From positions 55,738,001-55,802,000 of the forward strand of contig NW_027361707.1 in NCBI RefSeq assembly GCF_039654945.1: DNA of 64,000 nucleotides, written 5' to 3'. Shown one piece after another: positions 25,229-38,110 of this stretch. The translations under genes and the position numbers were made by a program. Source of the DNA: Dendrobates tinctorius (taxonomy: Eukaryota). Position 1 is the first letter of the stretch, and every line of letters begins with the position of its first letter. The notes beneath the pieces are model-generated. The model made no database searches and was not told the origin of the DNA. It worked only from the letters and a program-made list of their open reading frames with translations.

Positions 25229-27433
25229 TAATTATTGCGAAAACTAGTTTTTGCATCACCATATTTGGAGAACTATAATTTTTCCTTATTTCTGCCGACA
25301 GAGTCATGATATGGCTTGTTTTTTTGCGGGACGAGCTGATGTTTTCATTGTTTTTTTTATAACATCTCGCATGTGGTAAAATTGGTAAGACTGCTTTATT
25401 CTTTGGGTCAGTACAATTACAATGATACCCAGTTTATATAGTTTTTTATGTTTTGGGGCTTTTACACAATAAAAACTATTTTATAGAAAAAATAATTATT
25501 TTTGCATTGTTTTATTCTGACAGCTATAACTTTTTTTTCCGCTGATGGAGCTGTATAGCTGTATGGCGGCTTGATTTTTGCAGGACAAGATGACCATTTC
25601 TATTTGCATTTGTCATTTTGTCTTTTTGATCGCATTTTATTGCACTTTTTGTTTGGCGGTATGATGATAAAGCATTGTTTTTTCACGCGGTTTTTACTTA
25701 TTTTTTCATGTTTTTCACTGAAGGGGTTACATATGTACTTTTATTGTTTGGTTTTTTTATATAAATAAATGTATTTATTGGAAAAATATTTGTTTCTTTT
25801 TTATTTATTTGGTGATTTTTGAACATTTTTTTACACTTTTTAATTTTTTTAACTTTTTTACATTGGGTCATCCTGGGACATCACTTTATAGTGTCAGATC
25901 ACTCGTCTGATACTCTGCACTGCAGAGTATTTAATCAGACAGCATCTATCAGGCAAGGAAAGAGGCATGTCAGCATCTGCTCTCATCAGGAGCTCTCATG
26001 CCACCTTCCCGGCAGAACTCTGAAGGACCCCGTGGCCATCTTGCGGTAAGTGGGTCTCCATGGAGATCATTAGGGCAATGGGATCGCATCACGTTTTCCT
26101 GATGGAATCATGCAGGGACTTCGTTCCCTGCGCGATGCTACTCTATGCTGCTGGTTAAATACCCACGATTGGTGCTAGCACCATTCATGGGCGCTGTGGC
26201 AGGGTATCAGATCTCACACAGAGCTGAAACTTGCACCTGATTGCTTCGGCGCTGAGCATGAGTCCGTGCCATCGTGCCACCGTACATATACTTCTCTTTG
26301 CAGGAACTCAGCTCCCACAGAGCATGCCCATGTCGGGAAGGAGTTAAGTCACATCCAAACAAGATAAACCGCAGCACCCCATAAAGCCACCCCAACATTT
26401 GAAGTGAATCACATTGTGTTAAACAGAAAAAAATAAATAGACCTAAGCCAGATTTTTGGGGGTCTAAAAATTACAATATAAGCTAAAATTTGCCAAAAGC
26501 TGGTGAATTTTCTAACAAAGTTTAGGCACACTCATAATATGAAATCTGATTATTTATTTTTATGCCAGTTTTTGGGTCCATAAGGTTTTGTTTTAACTCA
26601 GTATGCTCTGGGTATAATGTTATTGTTGTCTTTTTTTCCAATGCCCATCTGTATATTAAAATTTGTAAAAAGAATGCATGTGCAAGATAACAAATTAACA
26701 ATACTGCTACAAATAAAATAAAAACACATAGAAACACATTACTTGCCTAAATAACATTTTTAATGAATTTTTTTCCTGCTTTTAAAAAAAACAAAAAACT
26801 ATCAATTGTGGATGAAGTCTGTATTCAAAGTCTTGTTTTAGAATTTTTCATTTTCGATTCTACATACTATATATAAAATATAACTGATGCACTGATGTTA
26901 ATCACAGCAGGGGCAGACATGCCATTGATGCAATCTGTGCAGCCGCACATGGGCCCAAAACGTAGGAGGCCCATTTCATCCTACAAAGCAAGTGGAATTG
27001 TGATTTATAACGACTATTGGACTATAGTGGGCCCATACATTGTTCTTGTAACAGGGGCCCTCATCTATCTGTGTCTTCCAGTAATGCAAAGTGAGGGTAA
27101 TGATATCAAACCATGTAAGGGTCATAATGCCTATTTGGCGTTGATGTTAAAAATTATAGAATATATTAGTCGGTTATTAATTTTGTATATGGGCTAATGC
27201 AAATGTAATAAATCACGCTGATGAGAATTGTTAGTACTCGCATATTGTCCTTTTTTTGTAAGAAAGCAAATTCTATTCATCAGGTTCTAGCATTTTGTGA
27301 CTAACTTGTAAAGACCCCTATTAACTTAATTCTTATGCTTTTATTAATTTTATTAACTTAATTCTTATACTTTTATTAACTATAATTAAAATCCAGACCG
27401 ATAACACAAATGTAATCACGCTGATGTAAAACA

Positions 27434-27467
<34 letters not shown>

Positions 27468-28110
27468 TTTATTTTTATAGCGCCGGCATATTCCGCAGCA
27501 CTTTACATTTCAGAGGGGATTTGTACAGACAATAGACATTACAGCATAACAATAATCACATACAGTAGATTATAACAAATACCAAGAGGAGTGAGGGCCC
27601 TGCTCGCAAGCTTACAGTCTATGAGGAAAGAGGTAGACACGAAAGGTGGGTGGTAACAGTTGCCCTGATTGTATGGACCAGCCATAATGTTAAGTGTGTA
27701 ACAGTACAGACACAGAGGGCTAATGGATGCATAAAGCATGTGGGAACATGATGCTGGGAACCTGGTTATGGTAAAACTTTTGGCTCTGCCACACAGGGAT
27801 AGGTTAGGTTAATGTGTTGAGGCGATAGGCCAGTCTGAATAAATGCGTTTTCAGGACACGCTTAAAATTGTGGGGATTGGGGACTAATCGTATTGACCTG
27901 GGAAGTGCATTCCAAAGAATTGGCGCGGCACGTGTAAAGTCTTGGAGACGGGAGTGGGAGGTTCTGACTATTGAGGATACTAACCTCAGGTCATCAGCAG
28001 AACGGAGGGCGTGGGTAGGGTGGTATACTGAAACAAGGGAGGAGATGTAGGGTGGTGCTGAGCCATGGAGGGCTTTGTGGGTGAGGGTAATAAGTTTATA
28101 CTGAATTCTG
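27434..28110 (-). mobile_element. 5'-truncated L2 LINE, 3' end (young family)
   Basis: (AAT)n tail at 27434-27464. Near-identical to 56833-57490 and to the reverse complement of 34709-34993. Confidence 0.85.
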
Positions 28111-28115
28111 GCTGA

Positions 28116-28750
28116 GCAAGATCAAAATCTTTTCAGCATTATGATGAGAAAACAATGCTGAAAGATGGTTGGATACTCTTCCTCACCCTATTCTGTACTT
28201 ATTCAAACTAATACCTAACCATGTAGGTTGGCACCCTAAAATACGATAATGGTGCACTTACGACACCCTAGTGTACCCATAATAAACATTAAACAGCTCA
28301 GTACTCAGATAGGCCCTGATGTATCTAGATTTACTTTAGAAACTGTACTGATGTGTATATAAGACCAGATGTGTCCCCTACAATTATATGTTTATTATCA
28401 TATCATGCTTATGTTGGGTATGTTACTTAGTAGGAAATTATCTTTATTAATCCGCCTCAAAACGTTTCACTAATCGGCTCATCGGGAGGCCTAAAAATGT
28501 TAGCTCATGATATTCAGCATTAGTGTTATTTTCATGATAAGTATAATAGCTGTTTAATGTTTAAATTAGGGCTCACTAAGGGGTCCTATGGACAGCCACT
28601 GGTGAGCGGGAGCGCCATTATCATATCTTAGGGTGTCAACCTCCACGGTTAGGTAGTATAAGTTTGAATAGTTACAGAGTAAGAGGTAGCTTATCCAACA
28701 AATCTTCAGCATTATTATCTCATCATAATATTGGCAAGAGTTTGATCTAT
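28116..28750. mobile_element. Penelope-like remnant with inverted arms and a degenerate hammerhead motif
   Basis: ~28118-28300 is an imperfect inverted copy of ~28548-28750. An HHR-like motif lies between the arms at 28454-28490. Confidence 0.45.
28454..28490 (-). ncRNA. Degenerate minimal type-I hammerhead ribozyme-like motif
   Basis: Minus strand reads GCCUC-CCGAUGA-GC-CGAUUA-GU-GAAA-CGUUUU-GAGGC. Helix I is perfect (5 bp) and the core differs from CUGAUGA at U4. Confidence 0.5.
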
Positions 28751-29289
28751 TTGTTTTTTGTCATCGAGTTCACAATTGTGTTTGCGGTCCGTTTTTTAAT
28801 TACCGTACATCTAATAAAAGTATAAGTTTTAACTTAATAGGGATCTTTAGATGTTAGCCAAATTAATTGAGACCTCTTTGTCCTTTGTCATAACCTTTAT
28901 GTAAAGTTCTAGATTGTGAAATACATGGAGAATGATTTTTTTTTTGGACAATTTTCTTTTTCGATATGGAGATTATTGATTGCAGAACAGCAGGGAGTTA
29001 CAAAGTCTATCAATTTAACTAACTTATTATGGGCTGCTTACTATTTTTTTACTTTTGACTTTTTTGATTTTTCAAAATGATTAACTTCACACATAGCACT
29101 TTTTAAGGACGCAATGTTGATTTGTGCCATCTGTACTTACATTTTTGCTTCTTTTTTTCTGCCAGATTTTAGATTTAAGATTAGATTTAAGGAAAAAGGG
29201 GCATATGAAAAGGGGGTCTGTCGGTATAGAATCACTGTTCAAACCAAATACAGGTGCTCTGTGCACCCTTGTCGTAGCAAAGCATTTAA

Positions 29290-29686
29290 AGGGTTGTCTA
29301 CTACTCAGACAACCCTTTCTGAATCCCTATGTTTGACGCCAGTAAAATAATAACACGTATACTCACCTCTGGTGCTGGCTCCCTGGGATTACGGGACAAT
29401 ATCGCATGCGATCCCTGCCCCCCAAAAGTACTGGATTTTCTCTCCCCTCCTTCAGACAAACCAAAACATCTAGAAAAAGTGAGAGAGCAGCTACAGCTCT
29501 CACTTCATCCCGATATTAATTACGTCAATTTCCTTCATATGTCAATGTCACTTGATTCCCGGAAGATTCAGTACCAACACCACTCGAACAGCACTGGCAC
29601 TGGAGGTGAGTATACAATAAGTGTTATTATTTTACTGGGGGGAAAATAAGGAATCATAAGGGGTGGTGCGAGAAGTAAAACACCCT
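29290..29686. mobile_element. T2/Kolobok-type MITE (diverged)
   Basis: TTAA-AGGGTTGTCTACTACTC ... GAGAAGTAAAACACCCT-TTTA, with inverted subterminal AGTAAAATAATAACAC / GTGTTATTATTTTACT. Confidence 0.65.
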
Positions 29687-31052
29687 TTTAGTGCACTTTT
29701 CCACCTACTTTTTTTTCCCTCTATCTCATTTTCCACACCCTTGTTTGCCTGACAGCTCTGGTTTTATAGAGTGAAGATAGACAGAAAACCTTAAAAATAG
29801 ATTTCTCCTGTGACTTTTTTCACTTGTTTTGTGTTTTTAGGACCTTTAGTTTTTTTTTCAGTATTTTTATTGTGTTTTTTTTAACATGAGGAATCTTTGA
29901 ATTAAAATATCAATGAATCACATGATTTGACTAGTGATAGACACAAAAAAATATATTAAAAAAGTGAAAAAAGTACTGAAAAGATGCCTAAAAAGTGGTT
30001 TTAAAATAAAATTGTTGGCATCTTTGCCTTTGCAAATAACGTTTATGTAAAGAAAGCCGGAAACACACAGATTTACTCTATTGCATCCGTCTATGCACTT
30101 CCTGTGCTCAAGGTGACTGCAGTCAATAGATTCAAGAGGCGTTCTAAGGCAAAACTCTGAATTATTCCTACTTGAAAAGTTTTCATTAGCCAAATGAACA
30201 TTTAAATGTTGTAATTTCTTTTTTGATGGTCTGCAGTAACATTTTCTGGAAAGACATTTACCAGTCACAGAAATAACTGTTGATATGTAACCGGACAAAT
30301 GATCCTTGAAGTGTTTCATTCAACTATGAAATAGACAAATGTGTAATATGGCAACATTAAAAGGAGTCCGTCCTCAAATTCTTCCAAAACAAATAACAGA
30401 ACAGTGTATTGCATTTAAAGAAATTGTGAAATGAGAACTGTCTTGGTGCTGATCAGCTCTCATTTAATATCATTTTGAGGAAGTTTCAACTGAGAAGCGC
30501 CAAAGGAATGCAAGCAAAAAATATGTAAAATCAAATGGCGGAAAAATATTATCCTCAACTTATCTATTAAAATAAAGAAACAGTGGAGAGACCCTATAAG
30601 AAAAAATACTCAGTGGTTATTGGGGAGTATTTTATTGACAGGCTAAGCTTTATATGCACTTTAACATCTAGTTTTAGGTGTTGGTTTTGTAAGGCCATGT
30701 GTTAAAGGAGCTGTTTTTCAAGAAATAACATGTTACCCGAGTTGCTTGTGACAATTATACTTGATATTGAATAAAACTAGCTGTTTTGAAAATTTTCTTC
30801 CCATTATTATACATTTATATATCATTTACATGTTTATCGCTCCTGTGATTTCCATAATTCACCACATTTTCCTTTTTGTTAACATGTATATGGAACTATT
30901 CTTTGGAAACTGTATGGAAGATCTGTTTAGGCATTGTATTATGATGGTACTCTGAATGGTTTGCTGTCTGAATTGCACGAATGTAGTCTTTGGCATTGTT
31001 CGAGGATATGCAGGTGATCAATTCGTGCAGCTCCAACAAGTGCAGCTTTTAA

Positions 31053-31543
31053 ATGGAACCTGTCACTAGAAAAAAATGCTATTAACCTGCAGGGTAACAG
31101 CATTATTAACCTGCCTGGAGCCGACACTTAACCGAGTGCTTCGGTGGGAAAATTCACTTTATTGTCTCTGGCAGCGTTCCGGTTTCACTTGTGGTGCGGC
31201 ACTGTCGCTGGCTAATTCACCGCTCTGATAATACGGAGCGGTGGGTGTAACCATGCGCCCAGGCCTGACTGACAGAAGGCCCTAATGCAGAGCCAGTTTT
31301 AGTCAGGGCTGGAGGTGTGGGTACAGCAGCCGCCCTGTATACTCTGAGCTGTGACTGAACCCTGAACCAGTGACTGCGTCACCACCGTGACTGAAGCCAT
31401 AATGGTGCCGAGGAGAACAAAGTTAATTTCCTCCCAGCAGTGTTCAGCTAAGTGGAGTGCCAGGCAGGTAAATAACGCTATTAATCTACAGATTAACCTC
31501 ATATCTGCAGATTAATTGCATTTTTTCTGATGACAGGTTCCCT
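31053..31543. mobile_element. T2/Kolobok-type MITE
   Basis: TTAA-ATGGAACCTGTCACTAGAAAAAAATGC ... GCATTTTTTCTGATGACAGGTTCCCT-TTAG. Confidence 0.75.
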
Positions 31544-32010
31544 TTAGGTGCATTTTAGAAATATCAAAGAAATGTATTCACATTGTATATATTGTTCAAT
31601 GTTACCACCAACACCTTTGATGCTACCACCACCACATCCTTATTTCTCCACAGGTACAGTATGTCTCCTGATTCCTGATTATGACATCCATCAAATCTGA
31701 GTGACTGAATTGATTCCAGTTCACACCTCAATATCTGTCTACAGTATTTTTGATTTGTGTTTTCAACCCCTGCTATGTAAACTAGCAAACTGTTTTGTAT
31801 TAGCTCCTTTCACTTAGTTCATCCCCTCCTTTGACTTTCTGACCTGTCTCCTCATGGCTATTCCCTTTTGCTCACACCGGGTATATTTCATGTGCAATTA
31901 AAGGTGTATAAAATTGGAGGCCTATGCCTATGCTGATGGTTGGTTATGTGTGCAGCTCCATCAACTTAGTGCAGCTTTTAAGTGCACATTAGATATATAC
32001 CAGAAATGTA

Positions 32011-33203
32011 CCATATATTCTCGAGTATAAGCCAACCTGAGTATAAGAAGAGGCTCCTTATTTTTCAACAAAAAACAGGGAAAACTTATTGACTCGAGTA
32101 TAAGCCTAGGGTGGGAAATGCAGCAGCTACTGGTAAATTTCAAAAATAAAAATAGATACCAACAAAAGTAAAATTAATTGAGACATCAGTATGATAAATG
32201 TTTTTGAATTTCCATATTAAATCAGGAGCCCCATATAATGCTCCATAAAGTTCATGATGGGCCCGATAAGAAGCTCCATGCAAAATACACCCCACATAAT
32301 GCTCCATAAAGTTCATGATGGGCCCCAAAAGATGCTCCATACAAAAAAATATTCCCCATATAATGCTGCATAAAAGGTTAATAATATGCCCCATAAGATG
32401 CTTCATAGAATAATATGCCCCATAAGATGATCCATAGAATAATATGCTCTTGCTGCTGTGATTAAAAAGAAATTACATACTTCTCATCGCTTGGGGCAAG
32501 GTGCCGGTGTTCTGAGCAGGTGGGGACATCAGCACGCTATGGGGGCCAGGTGTCGGAGTCGCTGCTGGCTCATGCCCTTGCCACTTGTAATATTCACCTG
32601 TTCCCGTTCCACCTCCGTGTGCTGCTGTGTCTTCCGGGTCCTCTGGCTGTGACTGTTCAGGCAGAGGGGGCGCACTAAACACATCATCGCACCCTCTGAC
32701 CTGAACATTACAGCCAGAGGACACGGAAGACACAGCGGCGCTTGGTGGTGGAACAGGGACAGGTGAATATCGCATGACTCCCACCATCCTCCCCGTCATA
32801 CTCACCCGCTCCTGGCACGGTCTCTGCACCTCCCTGCTTCTTCGTCATTCCCAGGTGGCAGCTCATTCCAGTGCTCAGCGGTCACATGATACCGCTCATT
32901 AAAGTAATGAATATGCACTCCACACCTATGGAAGTGGAGTTGCGTGCATATTCATTACTTTAATGAGCGGTACCACGTGACCGCTGAACACAGGAAGAGC
33001 TGCCGGCGCCGGAGACTATCTGAGAAGCAGGGAAGTGCAGAGACCATGCCAGGAGGGGGTGAGTATGATGTGACAGCCACAGGCTCCTGCCGCTCCCCCT
33101 CCTCCGCCGACCCCCTGGGACAATGACTCAAGTATAAGCTGAGACGGGCACTTTCAGCCTAAAAAAATGGGATGAAAAACTACTTATACTTGAGTATATA
33201 CGG
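32011..33203. mobile_element. Tc1/mariner-superfamily (pogo/Tigger-like) non-autonomous element
   Basis: TA-CCATATATTCTCGAGTATAAG ... CTTATACTTGAGTATATACGG-TA. Internal CCCATA..ATGCTCCATA minisatellite (32225-32445) and a ~110-bp hairpin (32875-32990). Confidence 0.75.
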
Positions 33204-33257
33204 TACTTGAAGTGAAAACATAGTAATAACAACCAATTACTAACTATATCGACCTCC

Positions 33258-33735
33258 TGTGACATGAGTCACTATAGTAATACTAAGTCACAAAAATGGA
33301 GAAAAAGACAACTATAACAGATAGTAATGTAAAACTACTTACTGGATAAGTAAAGGGAGGTCAAGCGATCCGAGGTCAGGTCTAGGAAATGGCGCAGTAC
33401 AACAAGGGGTAGTCAGAGACAGAATCCAATTCATGAGCCGGGGTCAGGAAAACCAGTAAGGCAATATAGTTTACAGAGAGCAGGCAAAAGAGAAGTCAGG
33501 TCACAAGCAAATAATCTAAGTCCAGGAAGGTCATAAAATCAGGCGCAGAGCACAGAGTGATCAGACTTACTGTACACTGGCAACAGCAAGTGTATGATTG
33601 ACACAGAGTGAAGGACCTAGCAGACTTAAGTAGAAGACTAATCAAGGAAAGTGAACACAGGTGATGCAGCACAACCCCAGCACAACCCCTACACAAAGTA
33701 ACATATCAGACAGGAACAGAGTGGAGATCGTGATA
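33258..33735 (-). mobile_element. Solo LTR (Gypsy-like, diverged)
   Basis: TGTGACA...CGTGATA termini with 5-bp TSD CCTCC/CCTTC. Similar in size and composition to 2174-2643. Confidence 0.55.
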
Positions 33736-34708
33736 CCTTCCTTTTCATTTTCCTACAATTATTTTTCACCATGCTTACAAAAGCCCTTACAGTTATTGCT
33801 GCATTAATCCTTTGCTGTCCACAAACCCCAAAACCCACAACTTAAATATTTATTTCTCCATCTCGTTTTTCCCCCAACATGACCTCATTGACAGATGTGT
33901 TCCTAAACGTACATTAATGTCAGTCCTCACTTCTGCTAAACAGGACTACCTCTCAATTCTCATATCTTATATATCAAATAACCCCAAATAGTTACTCAAC
34001 ACTGTTAATTTCCTCCTCTGCCCACCATTGCCTCCTCTAACCTCCCTAATTTCTGCAGAAGACTTTGCCACAGGTTTCAAAAAGAAGATTGACCAAATCA
34101 GGTACTGTTTTCACTGCTCAACCAACACAACCCCTCCATATAGCAGACCAATTCCTTTCCTGTATAACCTTCCTCTCCACCATTACTGATGGTAAGCTTA
34201 CTCATCTTCTCTTCAAATCACACATCACCAATTGTGCATTTGACCGCTTCTCATACCAACTTCTCAGCAAACTTCCCACCACACTTATTCCAGCCCTAAC
34301 TCATCTCTTCAACCTCTCATTAAGTTCTAGTGCCTTCTGTTTCAAACATGCAGCAATCACACATATCCTGACTAAATCATCCTTGACCTGGCCGCTACAT
34401 CCAACTATCGTCCCTTATGGCTGCTCCCGTTTGCCTCCAAGCACTTTTAACAGCATGTCCACATCAAACTTTCCTGTAAGCCCTCATAAAACTCATTCTT
34501 CAACGAAATACAATCTGGCTTCTGTCCCCACCACTACACTGAAACTGCCGATACCAAAATTTCACAACTTACTGCCTAAGCAAACAGACCATTCTCTACA
34601 CTCCTCCTTCTAGACTTTTTTCTTTTGTCTTCATAAGAGTCAACCATTCTTTTCTTCTACAAATTCTCTTTTCCTTTGCTAACAAAATCCTGTCCTCTCC
34701 TAGATGTC

Positions 34709-34993
34709 CTCGTACTCAGCCCTCTGTGTCTGTACTGTTACACACTTAACATTATGGCTGGTCCATACAATCAGAGCAACTGTTACCACCCACCTTTCGT
34801 GTCTACCTCTTTCCTCATAGACTGTAAGCTTGCGAGCAGGGCCCTCACTCCTCTTGTTATTTGTTATAATCTACTGTATGTGATTATTGTTATGCTGTAA
34901 TGTCTATTGTCTGTACAAATCCCCTCTGAAATGTAAAGTGCTGCGGAATATGTCGGCGCTATAAAAAAAATAAATAAAATTTATTATTATTAT
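34709..34993 (+). mobile_element. Short 3' end of the young L2 family inserted in the old L2
   Basis: Reverse complement of 27465-27722, ending in (ATT)n. Confidence 0.8.
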
Positions 34994-35640
34994 CTGTAGA
35001 TTTGGCATCTGCCATTCCCATTGTACCTCCTTATCTGCCCTCTCTCTGTTGGTGTCCCTCAAGACTCTGTTTTAGGACCCCTACTTTTCTCCATCTGCAG
35101 TGGCATATAAGAGTTTGGGCACCCCAGGTCAAAATTACTGTAATTTTGAACAGTTAAGCAAGTTGAAGATTTAATGATCTCTAAAAGGCCTAAAGTTAAA
35201 AATGACACATTTTCTTTGTATTTTAGACAAAAAAATATTTTTATCTTTTGCATTTTAAAAATTACAAAAAGGAAAATGGGCAGATGCAAAAGTTTGGGCA
35301 CCTTGCATGGTTAGTACATAGTAGCAACCGCTTCTGAAAATACCAAATCTTGTAAACTTTTGGTTGCCAGACAAGAGTCTTTCAGTTCTAGCTTGAGGGA
35401 TTTTCATCCATTCTTCCTTGGAAAATTCTTACAGTTTGGTGAGGTCTTTGGGTCATCTTGCATGCACTACTATTTTGAGGTCTAGCCACAGATTTTCAAT
35501 GATATTCAGATCAGGAGACTATGAGGGCCATTGTAAAACTTTCAGCTTGCACATTTTTGAGGTAGTCTATTGTGGATTTTGATGTGTATTTAGGATTATT
35601 ATAATCCATTTGTAGAAGCCATACTTTTTTCAACTTTAAC

Positions 35641-36416
35641 ACTGTAGCAAAGCCACAGAAGAGGACTAAAAATCCTCCAAAAATTAAAAAATACAGCTGA
35701 AAAAGGGCAGCACTGCTTACCTGCCCAGGTCTCTGAACAAATGCACTACGTGATGCACCCAACCCATGTAGCAAAGATTTTGCAAAACACAGGAGCAAAA
35801 TACTAAATAGACAGCCACTCACAACCTACCTATTCATGGAGGGGGCGACTGCTTAGTATACATTTGCACAATAGAGGCCTTTATAGGGCGCTGTTCACAT
35901 GCAGGTAATGCACAGTGTTTGGTTCTCAGCTTGCGGCTTTGCTACTTAGTTTAGTGTTATGACTCTCAAGCATGAGGACCATTGACGCTGAATTGCGAGC
36001 TTGCATATCTTGGCCAAAATATCGACCAATACATCACATAATTATATGTATTTTGTGCATTTTATTGTTCAGGGTGCAGCCAAGCCCAGCACATTAGGTC
36101 TTGTATACAGGGGTGTCCACATGGATTGCATTTAGAGAGTGCTGGCCAGCCCATCTGATCGAATAGTATAGGCGTGACTAATAGGCTGAGATCAAGACAC
36201 TATGCATTACCTGCATGTGAACAGCACCCTATACAGGCCTCTATTGTGCAAATGTACACTAAGCAGTCACCCCCTCCATGAACTGGTAGGTTGTGAGTGG
36301 CTCTTTATTTTGCACCTGTGTTTTGCAACATCTTTGCTATATGGGTTGGCTGCATCCTGTAGTCCATTTGATCAGAGACCTGGGCAGGTAAGCGGTGCTG
36401 CCCTTTTTCAGCTGTA
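35641..36416. mobile_element. Penelope-like insertion with ~230-bp inverted arms
   Basis: 35687-35918 is an inverted copy of 36197-36422. Flanked by a ~14-16-bp duplication TTTTTTCAACTT(T/C)A. A degenerate HHR-like motif lies at 35967-36003. Confidence 0.55.
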
Positions 36417-37509
36417 TTTTTTCAACTTCAGTTTTTTTTCAGATGGTGTTATGTTTTCATAAATAATTTGTTGAAATTTCATTAATTCCATTCATTCTTC
36501 TACCCATGAAATGTTTTCACTATCATTGGCTGCATCGGGCTTGTTTAGATGTTCTTGTACATACTTCTGCCCTTGAATATTATGGTTTTCGTCTTAAAAC
36601 TCTTCCATGAAAGCCATATTTGTGAAGGTGTCTCTGAGTAGTAGAACAATTTACCGCAATCCCAGAGTCTGCTAAATCTTTCTGAAGGTCTTTTCCAGTC
36701 AAGCGGGGTTCTGATTTGCCTTTCTAGCAATCCTACGAGCAGCTCTCACTGACATTTTGCTTGGTCTTCCCAACAATTTCTTGACCTCCATGGTTCCTGT
36801 TAACTGCCATTTCTAAATTACATCTTCAATCTTCTTATAACCTTCTCTTGCTCTGTGTTGTCCTCCACCATTTTAATTTTCAGAATGCTAGGCAGCTGCT
36901 TAGAAGAACCCTTGACTGCTGTTTTTTGACACAGGGTTAGAGGAGGCTGGGCTTTTATAAAGTTGGGAAATTTTCATCACTTGTAACGATGATAGTGAAC
37001 AAGCCATAACCTTAACAAGCTAATTAAGGTCTGAAACCTTGGTCAAACTTATATGATCACTAGTGTTGAGCTTTCCGATACCGCAAGTATCGGGTATCGG
37101 CCGATATTTGCCGTATCGGAATTCCGATACCGAGTACCGATTCTTTTTTCGTATCGGATACCGGAATCGGAAGTCCAAAATGCAATGAGCCACTTTTGTG
37201 GCTCTGATTGGCTGCCGAAATGACGTCATCATGATACGCCGTCAGTTCGGGCCTTCGGGGGGTCTGTGCCGACTGTCCAGGGGTCTGTACCGGCCTGCCG
37301 GGGGGGCTGTGCCGACTGCCCGGGGGTCTGTACCGGCCTGCCGGTGGTCTGTGCAGGCTCCGGGGGTCTGTGCAGGCATCGTCCGATGGGACTACAAGTC
37401 CCATCGGGCGATGCCTGCTACCATGACAGTGATTGACACATTAGCCAATGATGGGACAGTAGTAGTCCCATCATCCGGCTAATGTGTTGAATGTAAAAAA
37501 AAAAAAAAA

Positions 37510-38110
37510 AATACATGCTACATACTACATGCATGCTACATACATAATACATACATAATACATATATACTACATGCATGCAACATACATACAACATATAT
37601 ACTTCATGCATGCAACATGCATACTACATATATACTACATGTAACATACATACTACATATATACTACATGCAACATACATGCTACATACATACTACATGC
37701 TACATACATGCAACATACTACATGCATACTACATACATACTACATACATGCTACATACATACTACATATATACCACATGCATGCAGCATGCATACTACAT
37801 ATATACTACATGTAACATACATACTACATATATACTACATGCAACATACATGCTACATACTACATACATGCTACATACATACTACATACTACATACATGC
37901 TACATACTACATGCATACTACATACAGTACATACTACATACATGCTACATACATACTACATATATACCACATGCATGCAACATGCATACTACATATGTAC
38001 TGCATATATACTACATGCATGCAACATACATATATACTACATGCAACATACATATATACTACATACAATACATACATATAGACATACAGTACATATAACA
38101 TAGAGTACAT
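37510..38110. repeat. Complex (TACA/CATG/CATA) microsatellite, mirrored at 38675-38971 and 40578-40832
   Basis: Low-complexity ATACTAC/ATGC arrays that form part of both palindrome arms. Confidence 0.9.

Larger units (their letters stand above)
12309..26343 (-). mobile_element. Outer piggyBac-like non-autonomous element (host of the nest)
   Basis: Left GTAA-CTCCTTTCCC, right GGGAAGGAG-TTAA (26344-26347). 12309-12533 continues at 21976. Reverse-oriented ~390-bp units lie at ~22400-24250. Confidence 0.7.
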
